A stretch of DNA of 64,000 nucleotides from contig CM074812.1 of the NCBI GenBank assembly GCA_037447605.1, forward strand, positions 3,224,001-3,288,000. The letters run 5' to 3'. The translations under genes and the position numbers were made by a program. A model generated the notes under the pieces. It worked only from the letters and a program-made list of their open reading frames with translations. It was not told the origin of the DNA and did no database searches. Positions 40,207 to 49,337 of this stretch are shown piece by piece. This stretch comes from Zygnema circumcarinatum SAG 698-1b. Lineage: Eukaryota > Plantae > Zygnematophyceae. How positions within the stretch are numbered: the stretch's first letter is position 1; every line of letters begins with the position of its first letter.

Positions 40207-40798
40207 GCGGTAAGGCCTTGCATAGGAGCAGGAAGGAAGCAGCCTGTCCTCTCGGATAGAACCACGAGTTGCGAGCTCATGACTGACCCCGTCCTATCGC
40301 TCTCCCTCCCTTCCTCTCCTCCGCCCTGCTTCCCCATGCCCCCTTTCCCTCTCTCCATCCCTACCCGCTTCTTCTCTGGCCACCCTTCCCTCTCTCTCTC
40401 TCCTTCTCCCCTCGCCGTTCTCCCCTCTCCCCACTCCCTCTGCCCTCTGCCCACTCCCCCCTTCCCCCCCCGTCCCTCTCCCCTTCCCCCCCTCCAGCCT
40501 CCTCTCTCTCCCCCCCCTGCTTCCCACTCACTCTCTGCCACTCTCCCCTACTCTTTCTCTCTTCCCCCCCCTCTCTCTCTTCCCCCCTCCCCTACTCTCT
40601 CTCNNNNNNNNNNCCCGCCCTCTCTCTCTCGCACTCCCCCCCCCCCTTCCCTCTCTCTCCCCCACTCCCTCTCTCTCCCCCCCCCACCCCTCTCTCTCTC
40701 TCTCCCCCCTCTTCTGAAGTACCCTAAAAACCCTTCTAAACCGAATATTTAACCTTTCCTCTGTACGGTTAGGCTGGCTCACAACGTTTACTTAAGTA
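40207..40798 (+). repeat. Left copy of a about 600-bp direct duplication (intron segment including its GT donor)
   Basis: Sequence gcggtaaggccttgcataggagc...ggctggctcacaa..acttaagta is repeated at 47999-48645 with point differences. Confidence 0.9.
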
Positions 40799-40823
40799 AA
40801 ACGAAAAAAACGAAACGAAAACG

Positions 40824-41549
40824 TTAGGAAACGATTTTGGCCCATCCGTACACGTACCTGATCTTCGGGGATATTCCATACCCATACCAAGCGTACGATT
40901 CGGTAAACGGCCAGCTACTGTTTTGGGTCTTGAGCCATTTCCCGATCACCTGGTTGGTGATGGAGTAGTCAGAGCGAGCTACGGGCAGAACGTTTCCGGA
41001 AGCTCCGGGGATGAAGGTGGACCAGGGAATGAAGGAGCTAGAGAGGTAGATCCTGGCCAGCTGGGAGCCGTTGAGGCGGAGGGTGGCGGAGCCCGTCTTC
41101 TTGGAGCAGAAGGAGTAGGACACCGCGGCAAAGGGGATGGCGTACTTGCTGGATCCGAGGGTGTCCGCGCTGGGCGAGAAGGGAACTTCGGAGAAGGCGA
41201 CATCGAGGCTCCCGGACTTAAAATAAGTCAAGCCAGTGGCGGAGCCCCAGGATATGTACTGTCCGACGGAGGTGTAGCCAGGGGCGTAAGGAACGCTATT
41301 GAAGCCGTCTTTGGCCAGATTCATGATCTGCAAAGCGAACCGAAAAAGAAAGAAGCGCTCAGTATACCGCGGGGACCACGTCAACCGGGATCCAGCGATG
41401 ATGCGGTGGAAACAATTTCCACTGCGGCAGTAGTTGGAGACCACTCACCGACTCGAAGTATCTTGTTCCGCCATGACTGACGAGCTTCAAAGCGGAGGCG
41501 GCGGTGGCGGAGGCGAGAGGACGACGGCGACAAACCCGAGGTCTGCCAT
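40824..41549 (-). pseudogene. Truncated, frameshifted PstS-like paralogue (exon 1 41549-41449, exon 2 41327-40824)
   Basis: Collinear with the 44803 gene: same intron position and recognisably homologous intron, GSATG, VAFSEVP, IPFAAVSYSFCSKK, SGNVLPVARSD, SPKIRYV. Exon 1 is 101 nt (1-nt deletion) and the ORF stops after about 170 exon-2 codons at the cassette edge. Confidence 0.8.
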
Positions 41550-41694
41550 GACTTCAGAATAATCTGTATGACGCTGTTTGTCTGTAGTGAGACTCGACTT
41601 TACCCAAGAGATGAGCACGCACTCTAGAGATCCTCTGTTTGTCATGAGTGAGGACTAAAGCACCGCCACCCGCCCCCAGGCTACGCACGGACCC

Positions 41695-42130
41695 GCGGGC
41701 GGGCAGCCGCCACCGTACGGCGCGGTACTATTTGTCGCTTCCGCGGCAAAGCCGCCCCGGGCGCTGTCGCCCGACCAGTGGCGGCCGAGAGTCGGCGGAG
41801 GCGAAGAATCTTCGCAGAGGCCTAATGCGACAAAAAAAATGTGTCCGGGAATCTTCTCTGCGCGGCACGAGCGGGGACTGCAAGCCGCCACCGTACGGCG
41901 CATGTCGGCAGAGACGAGGAATCTTCGCAGAGGCCTAATGCGACAAACAAAATGTGTCTGGGCATCTTTTCTGCGCAGGCTCAGGCGGGGACGGCATCTT
42001 CAGGCGGGCAGCCGCCACCGTACGGCACGCGTCGGCGGAGGCAAGGAATCTTCGTAGTGGCCTAATGCGACAAACAAAATGTGTCCGGGAATCTTCTCTG
42101 CGCAGGCGCAGGCGGGGACGGCATCTTCGG
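41695..42130 (+). repeat. About 120-bp unit repeated 3 times, with an inverted homologue at about 43455-43640
   Basis: cagccgccaccgtacggc...gaatcttcgcagaggcctaatgcgacaaa..aatgtgtccgggaatcttctctgcgc recurs at about 41705, 41883 and 42010. Confidence 0.8.
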
Positions 42131-42183
42131 TCGGGCGGGCGGTCTTCGTGGGCTCGGGCTGTGGCTGACTTGTTTTTGTTTTT

Positions 42184-43254
42184 GGGTAGTGTTATTTCCA
42201 CCCCTTTTTTGGATCAAAACACCCCTTCCCGGCCGGGTAGATTTCAAAAAGGATTGAAAACGGAAAATGCTTTTTTCACACCTTTTTAAAATCGATACCC
42301 TCGATACGTCGGGCAAGTTTTTTTTTTGTGAAACAAGGAAAATGATACCCCATCACCCCATTTTGAATATCCCGCCTCCCTGAAATTTCCTTTCGAGGGA
42401 AAAAAATATCGTTCTGCCCGAATCCGCTCTGAGCTGAAGATCCGTCCACGAGATCGTTCGCGGGTGTGCGTCCTTCACAAGTGCAGTCAATCTCAGCCGT
42501 CGATTCCCTGGCAGATCGCCCCACGGCAGATAAGCCTTTGATCTGCCGGGCTCCATCCCAGCGAATGCCAAGCGCTCACGGGTCTCGCCAAAGCCGTATG
42601 GCACGTGCGAGTGCGCGCGTCCCTCGGCCCGAGATCTCCGCAAAATTATGAGCTGGACCGGCCAGCCTGCGGCGGCTCGCTATTGTCCGCTTCCAGCCAA
42701 TCAACATCTACCGCGTGTTATATTTATGACGTGGCACGTTTTGATTGGTTTAAGATCTAAATGTAATAATATTTTGCGTTTCCTCGAAGTTGCGACCGTA
42801 CGAAGTTTGTACGGACCCACTTTTGAGACGGCTTTGGCGGGATACGTGGGCACGTGTCATTTGCTGCGACCGAGCCCGGCTGAAGATCAAACGGTGATCT
42901 GCTGTGGTGCGATCTGCGAGGGAATTGGCGGCTGCGATTGACCACACGTGTGAGGACGCACACCCGGGAACGATCTCGTGGCGGAAGATCTTCCGCTAAG
43001 AGCGGATTCGGGCAGGCAGATATTTTTTTCCCTCAAAAAAAAAATTCAGGGAGGCGGGATATTCAAGATGGGGTGACGGGGTACTGTACCATTTTCCTAG
43101 TTTTGCTAAAATAAAATCTGCCCGACGGAAGAAGGTGGGGTATCGATTCCAAAAAGGTGTGAAAAAAGCATTTTCCGTTTATAATCCTTTTTGAAATCTG
43201 CCCGGCCGGGAAGGGCTGTTTTGATCCAAAAAAGGGGTGGAAATAACACTACCC
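42184..43254. mobile_element. Foldback/MULE-like non-autonomous element FB1 with long TIRs
   Basis: Ends GGGTAGTGTTATTTCCACCCC...GGGGTGGAAATAACACTACCC; inverted arms extend about 400 bp and are homologous to FB2; no TSD seen. Confidence 0.75.
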
Positions 43255-43290
43255 TAAATCGTGATGTGTAACCGTACAATCATCATACAA

Positions 43291-43451
43291 TAGGGGGTGT
43301 CAGACTTAACAAAATCTTACGAAAAGCGTTACGAAAAAAAAGGTTACGAAAGTACTCCGCCGCAGGAGGATCGCGATTATACTGGAGTACTCGTTCTGAT
43401 GTCAAACTTACGAACACGCGTACTGAAATTTTTTAAGTCTGACACCCCCTA
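43291..43451. mobile_element. Small MITE (161 bp), 19-bp TIR
   Basis: TAGGGGGTGTCAGACTTAA...TTAAGTCTGACACCCCCTA; a second copy lies at 63585-63716. No 8-bp TSD, so the superfamily is unresolved (TA TSD possible). Confidence 0.85.
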
Positions 43452-43650
43452 ATGGTACGTTCCGGAGAAGATGCCCGGGCCCCGGACACATTTTTTTTGT
43501 CGCATTGGTACGACTTCTGCGAAAATCCCGCGCCTCCGCTGACGTGCGTCATGTGGTTGGGGGGCGTGTGCCGACAAGTGCCTGACACAGCCTTGCGACT
43601 GAAGCGACAAATAGTGCCGCGTCGTACGGTGACGGCTGCCCGTCCTGGCC

Positions 43651-44627
43651 GGAAAATTCTATTCTCACACCTTTTTTGTCTACACACAGACCTTTTTTCG
43701 CCGGGCAGGTTCTATTTTAGAAAAAAATGGATAAAAAACGAAAAATGCGTTTATCACACCTTTCTGGGATCGATACAAACCTTTTTCCTTTGGGCAGATT
43801 TACCCCCTGATTTTTTTTTTTGGAGAGAAAGAATATCGGCTTGCCCGAATCTGCTATGAGCGGAAGATCCGTCCGCCACGAGATCGTTCGCGGGTGTGCG
43901 TCCTTTACACTTGCGGAGAATCTGCTCCGTCGAGTAACTCGCAGATCGCACAACGGCAGATCACCATTCGATCTGCAGTCGGGCTCGGTCCCAGCGAATG
44001 GCACGAGCCCACGTGTCCCACAAAATCCGGCTCAAAGTGGGTCCTTACAAACGCTGTACAGTCACACCTTCGAGGAAAGGTGAAATACCGTACACTGAGC
44101 GCCTGGACCAATTATAATTTTCCACGTCATTGACAATTACACGTGGCAGATGGTGATTGGCTGCTAGGCGAGCCGCAGCAGGCTGGCCGCTCCAGCTCAT
44201 AATTTTGCGGAGATCTCGGGCCAAGGCACGCGCACTCTAGCAAGTGCCAGCCGGCTTTGGCGGGAGACGTGGGCACGTGCCATTCGCTGGGACCGAGCCC
44301 GACTGCAGATCGAACGGTGATCTGCCGTTGTGCGATCTGCGAGAGAATCGACGGCGGAGATTCACCGCACTTGTGAAGGACGCACACCCGCGAACGATCT
44401 CGTGGCGGACGGATTTTCCGCTCCATCAGATTCGGAGAAAGCCGATATTTTTTCTCTCCAAAAAAAAAATCAGGGGTAAAATCTGCCCTACGGAAAAGGT
44501 TTGTATTGATTCCAGAAAGGTGTGAAAAAAGCATTTTTCGTTTTTTATCATTTATTTTCTTAAATAGAACCAGCCCGGCGAAAAAAGGTCTGTGTGAAAA
44601 AAAAAAGATGTGAGAATAGAATTTTCC
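43651..44627. mobile_element. Mutator-like (MULE) non-autonomous element FB2 (977 bp, about 390-bp TIRs)
   Basis: Ends GGAAAATTCTATTCTCAC...GTGAGAATAGAATTTTCC; 9-bp TSD with one mismatch, GTCCTGGCC (43642-43650) / GCCCTGGCC (44628-44636). Confidence 0.85.
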
Positions 44628-44720
44628 GCCCTGGCCGGGCTGGGCCGTACCTCCAGGCCGGAGATGCCGGCCGGTGGGCGCCGTCCGCGGGTCCGTGCGT
44701 GGCCGGGCGGCGGGTGGCGG

Positions 44721-44728
44721 GCTATAAA
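44721..44728 (+). promoter_or_regulatory. Candidate TATA box of the PstS-like gene
   Basis: GCTATAAA about 80 nt upstream of the ATG, at the end of a GC-rich proximal segment. Confidence 0.4.
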
Positions 44729-44802
44729 CCTCGCGCTCAACAGACTAATGATTTGCATTGGTTTCTGTTATTTCTTATTATCGCCCACTGCAGTCTGAAA
44801 TC

Positions 44803-45934
44803 ATGGCTGCTCTTGTGTTAGTTGCCGTCGTCCTCCTCTTTGCCGCCGCCTCTGAGGCGCAAATTCGTATTGGTGGAGCCACCTCCTTCGCAGATGTGAG
44901 TGTTCTCCAATTTGCTGCAGTGGGAATTGTTTTTATCACATCGCTGTGCTCCGGTTGACATGGTTACCGTCATACTCAGCGCATGCCTTTTTGTGTCGGC
45001 TTTGCAGGTTGCGACGGAAGGAATGGCATCCGTTAGTGGTAATTTTCCTTTTACCGACGGCACCTTATCAAATTACCAGTCCGTTGGCTCCACTGCGGGT
45101 AAGGCTTCTTTCATTGACCGGGGTCTCGAGGTCGCCTACTCTGATGTTCCTCTCACTCTCGACGAGGATTCCCGCGCCGGTGGATCAGAGAAGCTCACCA
45201 TCCCCGTCGCCGTGGCGGCCTACTCCTTCTGCACACAGAAGAAGGGTGGCAACATTCTCCGCCTCTCTGCCTCCCAGCTGTTCAACATCTACACCTCCAA
45301 CTCCTTCATTCGCTGGTCCACCTACATATCCAAAGCATCTGGAAATGTTTTGCCCGTTGCTCGTTCGGACGACTCTGGCAGCACCCAGATGATCGGAACG
45401 TGGTTGAATTCTCAGGTGGCTGCTTGGCCCTACACGGATTCCATCAGCTGGAGGGGTAGGCCCGGAGTGTCCTCTAAAATCAGATACGTGAATGGTGCAA
45501 AGGAAATGTATCAGGCGCTTCGAAGTGACTCCAACAGGATCGGATACATTCAGGCTGGGGCATGCACGGCTACCAACGGCGTTCCCGCGGTGGCTATAAA
45601 TAATGCGGCCGGGAAATTCGTTGTGACGAATGCCAAATTGGACGTTGACTCGCTTATGCCCTCCCCTATCCCTGCTTACGATGGCTCGGAGTGGAGTGCT
45701 GTGAGTCTCATCAACAAGCCCGGGATCTCAACATATCCCATCGTCGGTATTGTCTACATGTTCGTCAGGAAAGACTATTATGATGGTGACGTCAACTATC
45801 TTGTGTATAAATGGGTGCAATTCTGCATGGGTAGCCAGGTACAGGATTTGAATCGATATTACGGTTTTTACCCGATCCCGTATCCGTATCGCGGGGCTGG
45901 TAATGCCGCAGCCGATCTCATTTCTGTTAATTAA
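44803..45934 (+). CDS. Secreted PstS-like phosphate-binding protein (PBP type 2), 2 exons (44803-44895, 45008-45934), 339 aa
   Basis: Signal peptide MAALVLVAVVLLFAAASEA; PstS hallmarks GGATSF, NYQSVGSTAG, AYSDVPL, VARSDDSGST, IGYI, INNAAGKFV and LINKPGISTYPIVGIVYMFVRKD, collinear with E. coli PstS as recalled; in-phase GT-AG intron of 112 nt. Confidence 0.88.
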
Positions 45935-47109
45935 GTATTTGGGTAGCGTTTGAGAAATGGCTGTTAGGAAAGTCTAGCAATGAAATCTGAAAAGTAAAAT
46001 GAGCGATAGCAGGATAAACTTGCATCATGAAAGGAAGAGAAGGACACGTGTCTACTTGCCACAGTCAATTTTATGTGATAACGATATGTTGCTAATGTTT
46101 GATAATGACATCGATTTGTCTTATCGTTTTTTTATGTTTTCATTTTTCTCTGGAAAAGACAGATAGACATTTTCATCAAGTCGCAGCATTTTTGAAATTG
46201 CTAAATATAACGTCTCGTCTTTCAGTTGTGTTAGCGTCATACTTACCCTACCCTTACTCTACCCGGGTGAATGGAAATGCAAGTATCTAATCAATCCAGT
46301 TTGCGAAAATTCCCTGGAAAAGTCTGTCTGCGAAAATTAGTAGAAAAAGTCTGTTCGACATTTCACATTTACCTCTACTGATTATTGCAATTGTGTTCAA
46401 CACATAGCAATGGCGAAGATGAAGTTGTGTATCTTCATTTTCAGAACCCAGCAAGCAGTAAGAACGATGGATGCTGATGTATGTTTTCCTTTGATCTCCT
46501 GCGACAATGGCAACGCAACAAATTAATCAATTGGCTGCAAAGAATTTGCTTTCAATAAATGTTTATTGGAGTTGTAAATATCCGGAACGACTGTTCTGTA
46601 TTTTCCAAATTCTGCTTCGAAAGCTGCAAGTACACTTCGGTTAAGTGTGACATGCAGTCAGTATCCAGGCCAGCCAGCTAATGTCTGTTCTCCAGACTAT
46701 GCATTGTACAATTCCCACTAACGGACTTGATAAAAAAACTCTACATGACAAAAATAGCACCAGTGTGCCACAAGGAAAACTCCCATTCCCGTATATTAAG
46801 AAATTAACTCCGACCTGTCTTCTTGAACCTCCTTACATTTATCCTCATTCCAAATCCACGGCCTGCAACGCCCTAATCCATCATTGCTAACTCATATACC
46901 CTCAGGTCTAAACACTAGTCGACAAGCACTGAACTACTTGGGTCAACCCGACATGCTCGAAAACTTGCTGCAATGTTGGATCATGCACAACATGCAAACA
47001 CGCGTATCATGCTAGCTGTGTTGACAGTGCAATGCAGTCACATAAGCAGGACGATACGTTTGCGTCGTGCCCAAAACTAACACAACAAGGTGTTGATGTC
47101 ATGCTCATC

Positions 47110-47200
47110 AAGGTTTTTAGGGTTCTTAGGGGTTTTTTAGGGTTTTCAGGGTTTTTAGGGTTTTAAGGACTTTAAGGGTTTTTAGCGTTTTTAGGGTTTT
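47110..47200 (+). repeat. Degenerate TTTTTAGGG telomere-like tract
   Basis: tttttagggttcttaggggttttttagggttttcagggtttttaggg... Confidence 0.7.
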
Positions 47201-47206
47201 TAGGAT

Positions 47207-47815
47207 CTTAGTCACGCTTAGTAATAGCCGCTGTTAGTCACGCTTAGTCACAGCCGCTCTTAGTCATCCTTATTAATCACGTTTAGTCACAGCCGCTTAT
47301 AGTCATGCTTAGACACAGTCGCTTTTAGTCACGCTTAGCTATAGTTGCTCTTAGTCACACTTAGTCACAGCCGCTCTTAGTCATGTTTAGTCATAGCCGA
47401 TTTAAGTCACTCGCAATCGCCGTTTTTATTCACGCTTAGTCACAGCCGCGCCTAGTCGCACTTAGTTAAAGCCGCTCCTATCACCCTTAGTCACATCTGC
47501 TCTTAGTCACAGCCACTCTTCATCATGCGGTCAAAGCCGCCCTTAGTACGCTTAGTCATAACTGCTCTAAGTCACGTTTACGGCTGCTTTTAGTCATGTT
47601 TAGTCACAATGGCTTTTAATCACGCTTAGTCACAGCCGCTCTTAGTCCCTCTTAGTCACAGCTGCTATTAGTCATGCTTAGTCACAATCGCTCTAAATCA
47701 CGCTTAGTCACAGCCGCTTTTTGTCATGCTTAGTCACAGCCGGTCTTAGTCACGCTTAGTCATAGCAGCTTTTAGTCACTCTTAGTCACAGCCGCTCTTA
47801 GTTACGCGTAGTCAC
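47207..47815 (+). repeat. About 26-bp minisatellite CTTAGTCACGCTTAGTCACAGCCGCT (degenerate, about 23 units)
   Basis: Recurring TTAGTCA cores and cagccgct throughout. Confidence 0.85.
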
Positions 47816-47998
47816 AATTCTTGCACCGATACGTCAAAGGACCCTTCCATGTGAAGCGCGGGGTGACCCATTGACACTGACAGGGAATGAGAAATGAAAC
47901 ATGGAAAGACCAAGTTGGAATCCACGTGCAGATGGCTGAAGGAAGTCCGTTCACACTCTCTCGACATAAACTATGGCCACACCACAACATGTGACTAA

Positions 47999-48645
47999 GC
48001 GGTAAGGCCTTGCATAGGAGCAGGAAGGAAGCAGCCTGTCCACTCGGATAGAACCACGAGTTGCGAGCTCATGACTGACCCCGTCCTATCGCTCTCCCTC
48101 CCTTCCTCTCCTCCGCCCTGCTTCCCCATGCCCCCTATCCCTCTCTCCATCCCTACCCGCTTCTTCTCTGGCCACCCTTCCCTCTCTCTCTCTCTCTCCT
48201 TCTCCCCTCGCCGTTCCATTATATATGTGATGTAGTATGCATCTTTACATAGTTGTGTTATGTTTCTCCCCTCTCCCCACTCCCTCTGCCCTCTGCCCAC
48301 TCCCCCCTTCCCCCCCCGTCCCTCCCCCCTCCCCCCCCTCCAGCCTCCCCTCTCTCCCCCCCCTGCTTCCCACTCACTCTCTGCCACTCTCCCCTACTCT
48401 TTCTCTCTTCCCCCCCTTCTCTCTCCCTCCCCCTTCTCTCTCTCCCCTCCCTCCCTCTCTCTCCCGCCCCCTCTCTCTCGCACTCCCCCCCCCCTCCCTC
48501 TCTCTCCCACCCTCCCTCTCTCTCCCCCCCCTCCCTCTCTCTCTCTCTCTTTCCCCTCTTCTGAAGTACCCTAAAAACCCTTCTAAACCGAATATTTTTC
48601 CTTTCCTCTGTACGGTTAGGCTGGCTCACAAGGTGTACTTAAGTA
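47999..48645 (+). repeat. Right copy of the about 600-bp direct duplication
   Basis: Matches 40207-40798, with a about 48-bp AT-rich insertion (about 48216-48263) and SNPs. Confidence 0.9.
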
Positions 48646-49337
48646 CATTAAGTTCACCAGTAGTGGTTGGGAAACGATTGAAGCAGGGAGGTCAGAACTA
48701 GGAGGCTGAAATTTGGTGCACAACGGATGACCACTGAATTAGATTTTAGGAATTGATTATTTTACCATCTACTGGAATTTTCCACGAAAGTAAATATTGT
48801 TCTTGACTATAAGAATGGAGATCGATGGAAGCAGAGGTGTGACCATCTGCAAAGGACTTCCTGCCTTTTTCGGATTTGAGGAATAGGGGAGAGGTGAGGG
48901 GAGGTCTCATTTACTCCCTACTTCAGCGAGGCCAACATCACAACCTTTGGACTACAACACTACATTGATTATATCAAAGACACAGGACATGAAAAACGGA
49001 AACTAGCCCCAGCTGCTTATTTGAGTTGATGACTAATATTCCCAGAAAAAGAAGTGGTGGATTCAAAATCAGTACCATCCACCAGGTTTATTGTTGTCGA
49101 AGTGCAAATGAAACAAAAACTTTCAAAAAACAGTTTCCATAAAAAACCAAAACTGTACAGCAAATGTAACAGTGACATTATCGGTTGCAGCGTCGGCGGG
49201 TGCTTCCACCGAACACTTCCGAAATTATTGACCTCCCTCAGGACCGCTTGATCCGAGAGAAGCAAAAAAAGTTCATCCCCCCCCAGCCATTTACAGGCAG
49301 CCACGTCAGCACACGAGCAGGAGCAGATATTTACACC

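Larger units (their letters stand above)
37594..48701 (+). pseudogene. Putative secreted PLAT/LH2-like type-I membrane protein gene, damaged (exons 37594-37678, 39452-about 39740 with frameshift, 40111-40209, 48661-48701)
   Basis: Signal peptide MEVCLARPWLPALLLSLLGTAMA; phase-compatible exon with NVHVLVAESDTHAGDKKNVYIQIFGGNG (PLAT-like AGTDANVYIxIFG); frameshift at about 39570; TM exon GLASWAVAVIVVAILLTIVGLSISFGYY; short basic tail exon. One internal junction could not be put in phase. Confidence 0.45.

Noticed and set aside
42365-43064. P1BS (GNATATNC) motifs at 42365 and 43057 between the PstS-like genes
   Set aside because: They are mirror copies within FB1's TIRs, and about one such 8-mer is expected by chance in 3 kb; not evidence of PHR regulation on its own.
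44803-45934. Bacterial contamination as the source of the PstS-like gene
   Set aside because: It has a spliceosomal intron shared with its paralogue, a eukaryotic signal peptide and eukaryotic TEs in its promoter, and is continuous with host intron sequence.
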